A stretch of DNA of 64,000 bases from Andalucia godoyi And28 (GCA_009859145.1 VRVR01000008.1:323693-387692); one strand, 5' to 3'. Shown: positions 1 through 11,110, counted from the first letter of the stretch. The notes: a model not told the origin generated them from the sequence alone. Numbers and translations are program-made.

Positions 1-40
<40 letters not shown>

Positions 41-154
41 ACAAGTAGATAAAAATGCGGAATGGCAATAAAAGAAGCTCGTTGAAATCCCTGGTTTTTT
101 CTCCTGGTTCCCAAGGTCAGCCAAATGTTTGGAGAGAGGTTTGGATTGGAGGGT
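1..154. mobile_element. Right arm of a MITE-like TIR element (copy A, cut by the window edge)
   Basis: (GA)18 is followed by sequence matching 38332-38415 and 38570-38606, with about 4 differences. It ends in TTTGGATTGGAGGGT, a one-mismatch version of the right TIR at 38592-38607. It lacks the 154 bp at 38416-38569. Confidence 0.8.
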
Positions 155-177
155 AGTACCCGGACATACTGATCCGT

Positions 178-1254
178 TTACGAGAGGAAAGGAACAGAGG
201 CGGTGGAGAGAGCTTCGAAAGCGGCGATGGTGATGGCGGTACCTGGAGCGATCCAAGAGATGCGCGCACCAATCCCGCGGGTAAATCCTCTCCATCCGTG
301 TCTGGCGTAGAGGATTTTTGCGACATTCCATGCGCTCGAGTACGTTCGTCCAGCCTCTACCTGCAGCTGCGTTTTGATGACGTCCAGCGGACAAGTTGCG
401 GCCGCAGCGACAGCACCCGCTACAAACCCACAGCCCATACTCGCGACTAACGACAGATCTCTGCCGGCTTGGACTTGGACTTGGACTTGGACTTGGTCTT
501 GCTTCCTCCTTGCTCTGGCCTCCATGGTAGCATCCACAGTCCTTCGCTTGGCAAGTTCGTGTTTGAGCTGCTCGTAGACGACAAAGTAGAGGGAGGCAAA
601 CGGACCGTAGGTGACCACGGCGACCCAGAACCCGCGGAACAGCCCGCGCAGGCCCTCCGTCTTCCACACTCCTTGGAGAGCCTCTCTTGACGACGCATAC
701 ACATTCGTCTGCACTTTCTGCTTGATGACGTCCGCCGGAACCCACACCAGGGCGCCTCCAAGCTCCGCGACGAGCCCCGACACTGCGTGGTCCATCCAGT
801 CTCCTCGGTGCGAACCAGCCGCCGATGCAGAATTGGATCCGGCAGGGCGTCGGAGGTCGACAAGGTATGATCGCGAGAGTTCGTAGCCCCCGAAATAGAG
901 TGCGTGTGCCGGGACCGTGCCGAGAATGGCTGCTGCGAACCCGCGATACAGCCCTCGAATGCCCTCGGTTTTCGCAAGACTTACAAACGACGTTACCAAC
1001 GTTGGCTTCCTTAACATTATTGATGATGACGACAACGACGACGAGCTTGGGATGGTCTGCAACGTTTGTAGTCGAGCTCGGATGGTGTCGAGGGGATGCG
1101 TGAAACAGTCCGCAATCGCACCCGCACCGCCACCTGCCACAAGCTGCCGAACCACCGTCCAGCCCGTCATTCCACCACCTCCACCACCATTATTACTGTT
1201 GCTACCACTACCGGTGGCAGCGGTTTCCCATGCAGCCGCCGTTGCATCACTCAT
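178..1254 (-). CDS. Mitochondrial carrier family (SLC25) protein, mitoferrin/SAM-carrier-like, 358 aa
   Basis: Three PX[DE]XX[KR] signatures (PLDTIRARLQ, PADVIKQKVQ, PLDVIKTQLQ) and PAHALYFGGYE. First ATG is at 1254. Confidence 0.9.
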   Translation of the reverse strand: MSDATAAAWETAATGSGSNSNNGGGGGGMTGWTVVRQLVAGGGAGAIADCFTHPLDTIRARLQTLQTIPSSSSLSSSSIMLRKPTLVTSFVSLAKTEGIRGLYRGFAAAILGTVPAHALYFGGYELSRSYLVDLRRPAGSNSASAAGSHRGDWMDHAVSGLVAELGGALVWVPADVIKQKVQTNVYASSREALQGVWKTEGLRGLFRGFWVAVVTYGPFASLYFVVYEQLKHELAKRRTVDATMEARARRKQDQVQVQVQVQAGRDLSLVASMGCGFVAGAVAAAATCPLDVIKTQLQVEAGRTYSSAWNVAKILYARHGWRGFTRGIGARISWIAPGTAITIAAFEALSTASVPFLS

Positions 1255-1295
1255 GTCAGCACGAAACACCCCTAAAGCCTACAAGTCCTTTGATA

Positions 1296-1296
<1 letters not shown>

Positions 1297-1331
<35 letters not shown>

Positions 1332-1358
1332 TCACTCTCACACACACACACGCGCGCG
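1297..1358. repeat. (CA)n/(CG)n microsatellite
   Basis: Directly visible, upstream of the carrier gene. Confidence 0.95.
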
Positions 1359-1624
1359 CAAAATAAAACTAATTATACAAACAAATAAATAAAAATTACC
1401 ATTCGAGTTTGGATGCACTACATGCTCGCTGCTTTTTGGCTTCCGGAAGGCTTTGTGCGAAATTACAAGGGCCCAAGTTGAGGCGTTTGTACCTGCTGTA
1501 AATGCGATTCTTTCACGAGCCGAAAAAGTGGGCGTCAAGTCGCTAGTCCGCTGTTTCAACGGTCGTACTTCATTACGGGCCGCTTGCGATGGATGGCTGT
1601 TTGAGTTCGTTTATTAAAAAAGCA

Positions 1625-1668
1625 AGGCAAAGTACAGCAACGGCAGAGGCAAAGTACAGCAACGGCAA
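1625..1668 (+). repeat. 22-bp tandem duplication AGGCAAAGTACAGCAACGGCA(G/A) x2
   Basis: Units start at 1625 and 1647, and a partial third unit starts at 1669. Confidence 0.9.
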
Positions 1669-1770
1669 AGGCCAAGCAAGGTCGGAAAGGAAGTACCCGG
1701 TACGTGAACGGGAGTCTGCTTGGTGCCTACGTGAAGAAACGGGAGTGCACTGACCTACGATAGCTGGCTG

Positions 1771-3219
1771 ATGAAGATTGGATATGTGTTGTGTGTGGAT
1801 GCGCCGGATCCCGACAACCCGCTGATGGTTCTGGCAGCGCGGGCTTTCTTATTGGACACTACAGTCGTTGGAGCTGCGACGCATTTGCACGTCATCGTAA
1901 CGGGTCGTTCAGTCGATCTCTCTGCGGTTCCTTCCTCTTCTTCTTGTGCTTCGTCGTCGTCTTCCAGAGCAGTGGCGATGGCGGCAACGGGTAATATCTG
2001 CGGTGCTTCAGAAGAACCCGACTTGGAAAGCGAGTGTCGGCTCGTTACGCAGTCCAGTGTGTTTCGATTTGCGCTCCTTTTGCAGAGCCACATCGCGAGT
2101 CAGCATCGGCTTCACCATCTCGCTTCTGACTGTGCGTCCATGAGGGGAATGGGAACAGAGCAGGCGTCGGGGACGGGGACGGGGACGGTGTTGCTGTATG
2201 GCGGACCGACTGCACCGAGTGCTGCACCGATCTCCCACTGCATGCACGCGCTGGATTTCGTGATGCATCGGAAGGATCTGCTGGGCGGGTGCTATGGCGA
2301 CCAGCTGACGCCACAAGAGTATTTCGCGGTTGTGGACAACCTGCGAATGATGGGGTCAGCGAGTCAGCGAAGAGCGTTCTTGACGGATGCGCTTGCGGCC
2401 GAGCCTGCGCTTTTTGCACAGCAGCAGCAACAAAAGCAGAAAAATGAGAGTGAAAGGGGGGAAATGGGCGAGGCGTACGAGGTTCGAATTCGGGAGGATC
2501 TGGTGGGGGATTTAGTACAGGAAGAATATGACGAGATTCATGTGCTGTGTGGCGGACCGCTTCATGCGCTCTCCATGCTTTCGGAACACCTGACGCTGCG
2601 AGACCGAGTCAGAGTGGTGTATGCCATGTTTGGGGCCTGGACAAATGCCACTGCCAAACAGCAGACGCTTCTTCGAAACAATTTCAATGTCGAGTGTGCG
2701 CTGGAAGACGCGTTCCGGTTTACGTGTCCGCACTTGGCTCGGCAACAGTTTCCTAATTTGAAGGAACTGGTCCTGGTTCCCACCGAACCCTGCAAGGACG
2801 CCAGACTGTGTTTGTCGATGCGCCAGGAAAAGCTGGGATGCGAAGCGCTGTGGAATCTCCAGGATACGTGGACGCAGTTGCACGGGAAGGTGCAGCCGCT
2901 GTTTGATGTGTTCCCTGTCGTTTCGTACGCCGTCAAGCACCTTGCCAAGTTTGCAAGGTTCAGAGACTCGTGGATGCGCACCGTGCCCGTTGATGTTCTT
3001 CGAGTGCGGCAATCGAGCGTCGATACTGGTGCAGAGACACTGTCCATGGAAGTCCTGGACTGGGCATCCGGACCAATCTACAGGATTGTGCAGTGTGCCG
3101 CAGCGTCCAGCACTGCGTCTGCACCTCCGCATTTCACGTTTGCTGTCGAATACCCGCTATCAAATATCGACGACATCGTCTCAACCTATATGTTCATGCT
3201 TTCGCTCGCCCTTTCATGA
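1771..3219 (+). CDS. Divergent inosine-uridine nucleoside-hydrolase-fold protein, 482 aa
   Basis: Motifs occur in NH order: VDAPDPDN (Asp-rich N-terminal motif), IHVLCGGPL, VYAMFG, NNFNV, LVPTE, PLFDV. Confidence 0.55.
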   Translation: MKIGYVLCVDAPDPDNPLMVLAARAFLLDTTVVGAATHLHVIVTGRSVDLSAVPSSSSCASSSSSRAVAMAATGNICGASEEPDLESECRLVTQSSVFRFALLLQSHIASQHRLHHLASDCASMRGMGTEQASGTGTGTVLLYGGPTAPSAAPISHCMHALDFVMHRKDLLGGCYGDQLTPQEYFAVVDNLRMMGSASQRRAFLTDALAAEPALFAQQQQQKQKNESERGEMGEAYEVRIREDLVGDLVQEEYDEIHVLCGGPLHALSMLSEHLTLRDRVRVVYAMFGAWTNATAKQQTLLRNNFNVECALEDAFRFTCPHLARQQFPNLKELVLVPTEPCKDARLCLSMRQEKLGCEALWNLQDTWTQLHGKVQPLFDVFPVVSYAVKHLAKFARFRDSWMRTVPVDVLRVRQSSVDTGAETLSMEVLDWASGPIYRIVQCAAASSTASAPPHFTFAVEYPLSNIDDIVSTYMFMLSLALS

Positions 3220-3408
3220 ACAAAAAGAACAATAGTACATTGCAATAAACCTCATGATCCTCCTTCTTCGATGTCTTCTCCATCGATATTCCGAGTCTTT
3301 ATGCAAACAAAGCCAAAACCAACCCAAAATCAAAAACACAGACAAACAAACAAAAAACGAAAAACATTTGAAACGGCCAAAAACGACCGCGCGGCAAGCC
3401 GTATCGCT

Positions 3409-6400
3409 TTACTGCTGACCAATCACCACATCCTCGTCAAGCTTGAATGCAACGACCTGACCATCGATATTAACCTCGGACGAACCACGTTCCACCAACT
3501 CACGCTTGAGAGTCTCATAGCTGCGAATGCAGATCACTCCTCGCAGCTTGGCTGCAAACTCGGCGGGAAACTTGGTCAAGAAGGAGTCCCTGGCGTGCAC
3601 GGCAGCCCGGGTCAGGACAATTTTCGCCTTCGAGGCAACCGCATCTTCGACGGTTGACACTTCGAGTTCAACGTCTTCCTCTCCAATAGTGACAGCATAC
3701 GCCGGCTTGGACGCCAGGGCGCTGACGGGTGTTCTCAGAACAGACCGCAGCGACGCCTGCTGATCGCGGACAAAGTCATGGACAGCAGAGTCCTGAGCCG
3801 AATAATAAACCTCAATCTCATCAGTCACCACCAGACCAAGCTTCTTGCGGAGTTGCTGGACACGAGACGCAAGCTCGCGAGCAGCCTTCATCTTGAGCAG
3901 TTCTGCATCTTGACGCACATCAAGCAGCACTACCACGTCCCCATTCGACTGGGCTTCGTACTTTTCCATGCCAGGCTTGGGCTTTCGGACAACCGAAACC
4001 TCGTCAATCTTGATTTCCTCTCCTTCAACAATGATGGATCCAGACTTGTGGAACTGCTCAACTTGCGATGCGGACAACGCAACAAGAGCAGAAGTCACAG
4101 CAGCCAACTTCTTTCCCAGCTTGCGACCAAGAGCTTTCGGGTCCGGACTGACAGTCAAGTCAACAAACTTGGCTTCTTCGTCCGAAGCCTTGACTTCGAT
4201 GACATTCAGTTCTGTTGCAATGTACTCTTGCAATTGCTGAATATCACGCTGCGTGTTCTTGTTGCGCGTAATGACAACAACTTCGCGCAAGGGCATTTTC
4301 AACGAACGCTTGGCTCGATCACGAACATTCCGACCAAGCTCAATCACAGAAATCATCGTGCCAACAGCAGTCTCGATCTCAGCACCAAAGAAGGATGCAT
4401 CAGGTTCTGGGATCATGGCAAAGTGCACAGACGGCTCTTGCTGCGATGCGGGCAGCAGACGCTTCAGGTTCTGGTACATGTGCTCGGTCAGGAATGGCGT
4501 CAGCGGCGCCATGGCATAGCAAGACGTCAGCAGAACTCGGAACAATGTCGACAGGGACGTGTGCGCAGTTTGGACCTCAGAAGACTTCAGACGCGGACGA
4601 TTCATCCGGACATACCAATTCGTCAAATTGTCCAGGAAGGACAGCATCTTCGGAACAACATTGTAGAGCCGGTACCCTTTCATTTCCTCATGGATGTCAC
4701 GCAAAAGAGTCTGCGTTGCCGCCAAGATCCATTGATCCATAACGTTATACTCTCCAGCAGACATTTTCTTGTCTTTCTCAAGCAGCGGAACAAAGGGCTG
4801 CTTGAATTCCGCTTCAAACCGCTGAACGTTCTGCACAAAGAAGCGGTATGCATTGAACCACGGCAGGAAGACATCCTTGATGACGTCCCGAACACCAGAC
4901 TCCTTGAATCGCAGCGGTTCGGCACGGACAACAGGCGAGTTGATGAGATACAGGCGCAACGCATCTGCACCATATTGGTTGATGACATACACTGGATCCG
5001 GATAGTTCTTCAATCGCTTGGACATCTTCTTTCCATCTTCTGCGAGCACAAGACCGTTCACGATCAAGTTTTTGAAGGCTGGTTTGTCAAATAGCGCAGT
5101 GGACAAAACCATCAGAGTGTAGAACCAACCACGAGTCTGATCAAGACCTTCTGCAATGAAATCTCCTGGGAAGCCCGCCTCGAACTCCTTGGAGTTCTCA
5201 AACGGATAGTGCCTATGGGCATAGGGCATAGAGCCCGACTCAAACCAGCAATCGAAAACCTCCGACACTCTCTTCAGCGCTCCCTTGCCTTTTTGTGACG
5301 GAATGGTAATCTTGTCGACGTTTTCGCGATGCAAGTCTGTGATGGAAGCGGCATCCAAGCCAGAGAGCTTCGCCAATTCTGCAATCGAGCCAACACAGAC
5401 AATCTCCTCAAAATCGTCTGATGCCCATACGGGCAGCGGCGTACCCCAGTAGCGATTGCGTGAAACTGACCAATCGCGAGCATCTTGCAGCCAATTGTGG
5501 AATCGCTTCTCCTTGACGAAAGACGGAACCCAATACGTCTGCTCATTGTTTGCCAGCAGCTTCTCCTTGATCTTCTCGACAGCGACAAAGAACGAAGGCA
5601 CAGCACGATAGATGAGAGGAGCCTCTGATCTCCAGCAGAAAGGATACGAGTGGACGATGGATCCAGCAGAAACCAACCGCCCGTTGGCCTTCAAATGGGC
5701 CTGGATTGCCTTGTCGGCATCCTTCATGAACATGCCCTTGAAATCTGTCGCCGGTTCAATAAAGAATCCCGACTCGTTGACCGGATCTGGCAGAGCTTCG
5801 CCGGCCAGAACGACGCCATTTGCCAAGCACACGCGGAAATCGTCCTCTCCATACGTCGGGGCCTGGTGAACAATGCCAGTACCGGATTCGGCAGTAACGT
5901 ATGAATCTGCAACGACACGGAAGGCTCGAGATCCATATCTCGCGCCAAAATAGTTGAACAGCGGCTCATAGCGCAGACCAACCAGCTGAGATCCCTTGTG
6001 CTTCTCCAAAATCGTATACTTTGTCGCTGCTGCATCCTTCTCCTTCTTTGGGGGAGGAAAGAGCTCCGTCAAGCGCGCTTCCATGATGATGTACACGTTT
6101 TTTGTTGCTTCGTCTCGCACCGTGACGTAGTCCATCTCGGGGTTCACGCAGAGCGCCAAGTTGGACGGCAATGTCCAGGGTGTTGTTGTCCAGGCAACAA
6201 GAGCTGCTTTCTGCGCATGTCCTACCACAGGGAACGAGACGACAACCGCGGGATCCGAGACATCCTTGTAGTTCATGTTTGCTTCAAAGTTCGAGAGCGG
6301 GGTTGTGCATCCGACAGAATACGGCATGACCTTGAAGCCACGATACACAAGACCCTTATCAAACAGCTGTCGGAAGACCCACCAGACGGACTCCATATAC

Positions 6401-6858
6401 GGAGTATTCATGGTCTTGTAGTCGTTGTCAAAGTCAATCCAGCGACCCATGCGCGTCACCGTTTTTCTCCACTCCGACGAGAATCGCATCACGATTGATC
6501 TGCATTCGCGATTATAGTTCTCAATTCCAAACTTGAGAACATCGTCTTTGGTCTTGATGCCCAATTGCTGCTCAATCTCGAACTCAATCGGGAGCCCGTG
6601 GCAGTCCCAACCAAAGCGGCGCTCCACATAGTGGCCCGTCTGATGCGCGTATCGAGTCACAATATCCTTGATGGTTCCCGCAAGAATGTGTCCATAGTGT
6701 GGAAGACCTGTCGCAAATGGCGGTCCATCATAAAACGTGTATGGCTTGCGACCCTCCGAGCGACGCAGAGACTCTTTAAACGCATCAATCGATTCCCAGT
6801 ACGCAAGAATCTTGCCTTCCTCTGCAGGAAACGACAGGTTATCCGGAACGTTCTCCAT
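3409..6858 (-). CDS. IARS1: Cytosolic isoleucyl-tRNA synthetase, 1149 aa
   Basis: DGPPFATGLPHYGH (HIGH), GWDCHGLP, EGLDQTRGWFY, KMSKR, and a eukaryotic C-terminal extension. Confidence 0.98.
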   Translation of the reverse strand: MENVPDNLSFPAEEGKILAYWESIDAFKESLRRSEGRKPYTFYDGPPFATGLPHYGHILAGTIKDIVTRYAHQTGHYVERRFGWDCHGLPIEFEIEQQLGIKTKDDVLKFGIENYNRECRSIVMRFSSEWRKTVTRMGRWIDFDNDYKTMNTPYMESVWWVFRQLFDKGLVYRGFKVMPYSVGCTTPLSNFEANMNYKDVSDPAVVVSFPVVGHAQKAALVAWTTTPWTLPSNLALCVNPEMDYVTVRDEATKNVYIIMEARLTELFPPPKKEKDAAATKYTILEKHKGSQLVGLRYEPLFNYFGARYGSRAFRVVADSYVTAESGTGIVHQAPTYGEDDFRVCLANGVVLAGEALPDPVNESGFFIEPATDFKGMFMKDADKAIQAHLKANGRLVSAGSIVHSYPFCWRSEAPLIYRAVPSFFVAVEKIKEKLLANNEQTYWVPSFVKEKRFHNWLQDARDWSVSRNRYWGTPLPVWASDDFEEIVCVGSIAELAKLSGLDAASITDLHRENVDKITIPSQKGKGALKRVSEVFDCWFESGSMPYAHRHYPFENSKEFEAGFPGDFIAEGLDQTRGWFYTLMVLSTALFDKPAFKNLIVNGLVLAEDGKKMSKRLKNYPDPVYVINQYGADALRLYLINSPVVRAEPLRFKESGVRDVIKDVFLPWFNAYRFFVQNVQRFEAEFKQPFVPLLEKDKKMSAGEYNVMDQWILAATQTLLRDIHEEMKGYRLYNVVPKMLSFLDNLTNWYVRMNRPRLKSSEVQTAHTSLSTLFRVLLTSCYAMAPLTPFLTEHMYQNLKRLLPASQQEPSVHFAMIPEPDASFFGAEIETAVGTMISVIELGRNVRDRAKRSLKMPLREVVVITRNKNTQRDIQQLQEYIATELNVIEVKASDEEAKFVDLTVSPDPKALGRKLGKKLAAVTSALVALSASQVEQFHKSGSIIVEGEEIKIDEVSVVRKPKPGMEKYEAQSNGDVVVLLDVRQDAELLKMKAARELASRVQQLRKKLGLVVTDEIEVYYSAQDSAVHDFVRDQQASLRSVLRTPVSALASKPAYAVTIGEEDVELEVSTVEDAVASKAKIVLTRAAVHARDSFLTKFPAEFAAKLRGVICIRSYETLKRELVERGSSEVNIDGQVVAFKLDEDVVIGQQ

Positions 6859-7284
6859 ATCTTCCTCTTCCCCTTTTTCTTCCCCTTTTTCTTCTCCTTT
6901 TTCTTCCCCTTTTTCTTCCTCTCCTTTTCTAGGGTTTCAAGAAGATAATCCAAAACAGAAGCGAAGCAAACACAAATAGAAAACGAGTTTGGTGAACCAA
7001 TTGGAAAGCCCTTTCTTTTATTATGCATTTTGCCTTTTCTGTTTTGTTTCGTAACCCTACTCTTTCGCCGGGTTCAAGAGCACGCAGCCCTAAATCGTTC
7101 CTGTCCTCATTCCGGACGCATATAACAGTAACGAAACCGGCCTCATTAAAACTCTCTTCTCTCTGTCTCTGTCTCTCTCTCTCTGTCTCTTTTTCTTTTT
7201 CTTTTTCTTTTTCTTTATATTCTTTGTATTATTATTTATTTGCTAATTATTATGATTATTACTAGCGATTGAGGGGAAGAAAAA

Positions 7285-8667
7285 ATGGAAGGATCTGCTC
7301 CTTTAATTCAGTTTGATGGCGTGAAAAACCCAGAGTTTACTCTTGAAAACGGACTTCGAACGCTCGCAAGGCGGTTCCGAAACCAGTATCGACTGGAAAC
7401 GAACCGCCATGATATTTCATATGATTCGCTCTCTCGAGGGCTGATCTATGTGTTTTGCAATCCTCAGTCGAAATTCACGACTTCCGAGTTTTCTGCGATT
7501 CGAGAGTATCTCGCGTCGGGCGGATCGGTGTTTTTCTGTCTTTCTGACAAGGCTACGGAGAAGACAAACACGAATTATCTGACAGAGGAGTTTGGAATTG
7601 CGGCAAACAACGACCAGGTCTTGCGCCAAGTTCCTAAAAAGTCGTATTTCTATCCGCAGGAAGCGCAGATCTCTGCGGGTGTGGTGAACCGAGAGATCAA
7701 TCGAGCGGCGGGATTCAAGGTTTCTTCGTCAACCATGCATGCCAACTCGGCAGATCGGCTTTTCGCGTCGCATGTGGCACATGCAGAAACGTCTCTTTCG
7801 TTTGTGTATCCCTTTGGATGCACGCTTAATGTCCAGAAGCCTGCGATTCCCTTGTTGGCAACCAGTCATGTGTGCTTCCCGCTGAACAGACCCGTGTGTG
7901 CGGTGCACGCTGGGTCCACACCAAAGTCTGGACGACTGTGTGTGCTTGGCTGTGCAAGACTTCTCTCTGATGCGTATGTGGACAGAGAAGACAACATCAA
8001 ATTGCTGGATGTCCTGTTTCGATACTTGAGCAGATCATCGGAGGTTCGTCTGAACGCGATTGACGCAGAGGACCCGGAAGTCAACGATATGAACTACATT
8101 CCAGATATTGGCGCGCTTGCAGAAACAGTGCAGTCGTGTTTGCAAGAATCAGATTCCATCAATCCGGACTTTTCGTCGCTTTTCAAAGATGCGTTGCATC
8201 GTCTGTCTACCGACAATGTGCCAGCCGTTGTGAGTGCCTTCCATCGCCTCGAAGTGGATCACAAGCCGCTTGGTCTGATCCCTCCCGAGTTCGAGACTCC
8301 GCTGCCGCCTTTGCAACCTGCGGTGTTTCCGCCATCCATGAGAGACTTGCCACCACCACCTCTCGATTTGTTCGATTTGGACGAACAGTTTGCTTCTGAG
8401 CGCGTTCGATTGGCGCAACTCACCAACAAGTGCACGGATGAAGATCTTGAATATTATATTCGTGAATGTGGAGAGATTATCGGCGTGGCATCGGAGCTGC
8501 CTGCGGACCAGCGATCTGCAAAACATATTCTGTCTTTTGTGTTGCGACAGATCGTCAACTACAAGAGACTAAACAGCGTCTCCGAAACTGCGCAGCCTCG
8601 AAACAATACGCCAGAGAAGGGATCTTTGTTCGGGACGCAAGGAAATGCAGAGATGCTTTCGTTTTGA
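7285..8667 (+). CDS. IFT52: Intraflagellar transport protein 52, 460 aa
   Basis: N-terminal GIFT-like domain, a proline-rich PPEFETPLPPLQPAVFPP segment, and C-terminal LDLFDLDEQFASERVRLAQLTNKC...DLEYYIRECG. Confidence 0.93.
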   Translation: MEGSAPLIQFDGVKNPEFTLENGLRTLARRFRNQYRLETNRHDISYDSLSRGLIYVFCNPQSKFTTSEFSAIREYLASGGSVFFCLSDKATEKTNTNYLTEEFGIAANNDQVLRQVPKKSYFYPQEAQISAGVVNREINRAAGFKVSSSTMHANSADRLFASHVAHAETSLSFVYPFGCTLNVQKPAIPLLATSHVCFPLNRPVCAVHAGSTPKSGRLCVLGCARLLSDAYVDREDNIKLLDVLFRYLSRSSEVRLNAIDAEDPEVNDMNYIPDIGALAETVQSCLQESDSINPDFSSLFKDALHRLSTDNVPAVVSAFHRLEVDHKPLGLIPPEFETPLPPLQPAVFPPSMRDLPPPPLDLFDLDEQFASERVRLAQLTNKCTDEDLEYYIRECGEIIGVASELPADQRSAKHILSFVLRQIVNYKRLNSVSETAQPRNNTPEKGSLFGTQGNAEMLSF

Positions 8668-8880
8668 AAGAACAGAGCAGCGGCGGCGAATCCACCCGAG
8701 TTCGCTGGGATTTTGGAAGGTGTTTTGGGTTTTGTATAAAGGCACGAACGAAGCTGCAAGTACGCCATTTTCACAGAAATTCGATATGTTTTTAATATCA
8801 TTTCGCATCACATACGATTATTATCATTGGTACATATATACCTTTTCTTTTTGTAATTCTCGTGCCCGTCGATGCCCTTG

Positions 8881-10581
8881 CTACCTGACGGACTTCGAAG
8901 ACACTGGACGTTGAGTGGATGACGATCGCATGCCAGCAACGCTTCGCGGTCTTTGCGTTGCGGTGGGAGACGTTTTTTCCAAGGACATCTTCGTCCCGCT
9001 GGCATGGATGGCAGCAACTGCAGATTCTCTGCTGGATTCCCTCTCGCCACTTGCAAGCATCACCTTTGTGAACATTTTGTTCATTTCTTGTGAAGGGATG
9101 TGAAAGAGGGCCGTCTTTCGCATGGCTTCTTTTAGTTTCTGTGGAGACAAACTTGCTTCCATGTTCGACAGGGGATTCTTAAGGTTTCTAAGCTTCTGCT
9201 CAAACGTCGGTTCTTGATACGCATATTCCTTTTCAATCGAGTTGTGGAGATCACGTTTCGCAGACTGATGTCCTCGGACGGATGCCTGCCTCAGAGAAGA
9301 TGCGCTTGAACGGCGACGCACGTCTAGTGTTGGTACGTTTGCGTTTGCGTTTGCGTTTGAGTTTGCGGCTGGCGCTTGCAGTTCTATGAAGTGACTCGAT
9401 CCTGGGGTGGTGTCCGTCCGTCCGTTCTTGAGCAGGCTCCTTGTTTTCTCTGCTGCCTTGTACCTTGCACTTTGCTTTTGCAGCCTCGCATTGGCAACGG
9501 ACATCCAGGTTTGCGCCTTTGGCTTTAAGTCCAAGTCTTCTCCCCAGCTGGCGCTCAGCGAGTTATGCTGGATTCTTGGAGGGATGATTGGCTGTGCGAA
9601 CTGGATGTCGTCGACGTGAATGATCTTTCCAACCTTGTCCAGAGAATTCTTTGGTGTTATCGATGCGCGCCGAACAAAATTCAGCAGGTCCCTGTTGTTC
9701 TCGATCTTCTTATCCGATTTTGGAGATGTGGCCGCACCGAATTGAGAGTTCAGATCCTGCAAGAAGCTTGATTGTGACGACAGTCGATCTGTCATTGTTT
9801 TGGAGGTTGGAATAGGCGTGGGCTGTACCGATCGAGCAGTCGATAGTTTCGAGCCTCGATCGTCATTCTGCGAGATCAGGTCAGGTATGGAATCTCCCTG
9901 CACGACCAGGTCGTCAAGCACTCCTGGAGCAAAGCCCAGACTTGGAACACGCGATGCTGCTCCAAAAAGAGAATCGATTGCAGTGGATTTTGGATGATAA
10001 GCACCCGGTCTTCGGAAGTTTCTTCTTTCAATGAGACTGGTGATATCCGCATGTCTCGGCTCACTGTGCCAGTCAATTTCTAGCATGATGCTCTTTGCCT
10101 CATGCGGCTGCAGCGGTTGACTCTTCGACTCCACTCGCCTGCTGTCCGCGTAGCTTCCCGCCGCCGATTTCGAGCGCATGGACTCCCAGGCTCGAGCACT
10201 GTTCCGAGACCCAGGACGCAGCTGCGCAGACTCATTTTCCGAAGCCATGAGTTCTAGTCTGTCGAATTCGGGACGAAAAGAAATCACAGTAGATGTCAGC
10301 GAACTGAGAATGTCTTGCGGCGTCGGTTCCCCCAGTTCTTGTGGTTCCTCTGAGGCCTCCACGGCTCTGCGAGAACCTTTTTTGCCTTTTCTTTTCGGCT
10401 TTGACGATGTGGCACTGGTTGACAAGGATGACACCGGGCGAGCCGGCTGATGGTGAGACTGGGCACGACTATCTTCTGAAGGTGGACTGCTGGTCTGCGA
10501 TGGTCCGCTATGGGTCGGATGTGTCTTTCTCTCGAGTTGCGTTCGAACGTCTTCCCACGCTAATTCATGAGTTGAAGCATC
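8881..10581 (-). CDS. Uncharacterised low-complexity Ser/Lys/Arg-rich protein; 5' end unresolved, probably spliced
   Basis: 517-aa ORF from a GTG. The frame stays open upstream to about 10587. Candidate acceptors lie at about 10582 and about 10560, and a GTATGT donor at 10705. Confidence 0.6.
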   Translation of the reverse strand, partial: DASTHELAWEDVRTQLERKTHPTHSGPSQTSSPPSEDSRAQSHHQPARPVSSLSTSATSSKPKRKGKKGSRRAVEASEEPQELGEPTPQDILSSLTSTVISFRPEFDRLELMASENESAQLRPGSRNSARAWESMRSKSAAGSYADSRRVESKSQPLQPHEAKSIMLEIDWHSEPRHADITSLIERRNFRRPGAYHPKSTAIDSLFGAASRVPSLGFAPGVLDDLVVQGDSIPDLISQNDDRGSKLSTARSVQPTPIPTSKTMTDRLSSQSSFLQDLNSQFGAATSPKSDKKIENNRDLLNFVRRASITPKNSLDKVGKIIHVDDIQFAQPIIPPRIQHNSLSASWGEDLDLKPKAQTWMSVANARLQKQSARYKAAEKTRSLLKNGRTDTTPGSSHFIELQAPAANSNANANANVPTLDVRRRSSASSLRQASVRGHQSAKRDLHNSIEKEYAYQEPTFEQKLRNLKNPLSNMEASLSPQKLKEAMRKTALFHIPSQEMNKMFTKVMLASGERESSRESAVAAIHASGTKMSLEKTSPTATQRPRSVAGMRSSSTQRPVSSKSVR

Positions 10582-11110
10582 CTCCAGTCAATCATACACA
10601 TGCATGCAAAAAAGTATAAGTAAAACCATGCTTTGTGCAGGCTGACACCCGTTTTTTGCACCTGGTCTTTGAAGCAAGAATAAGAAAAAGGAAGACATGA
10701 CATACGCGACAGGAAGTCTAGAGCAACTCTCATGGTGGGATAACCCAGGTTTCCCCTGCTTTTGAGAAACAGAATCGTAATGCACGAAGAAAGCTCGATT
10801 TGTGAATACGTACGGGCACACTGATGATGGTGCTACTATTCCTGAAGTACTTTGCATATGCTATTTGGGATGCTTTGTGAGGCTGACGAGACTGATGTGC
10901 AGAGCGTCCCGGTTGGATCGAAACCCCCCGCGTTTGCAACGGCAACAGCTGTACGTTTCGGTCCCGAGTACAACACGTGAATCATGAATTTCTTTCAGCA
11001 TTGGTTTTATTACAGAAGGAAGGCGCTGGGTCGGGCAGGAAAAGAGGTCATATATATACATAAGAATAATAAAATAAAGACAATGTACAGTAAGATGGAG
11101 GAAGGGAAGA

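Noticed and set aside
1625-1746. CRISPR-like array
   Set aside because: There are only two adjacent units per repeat, no regular spacers, and no cas genes.
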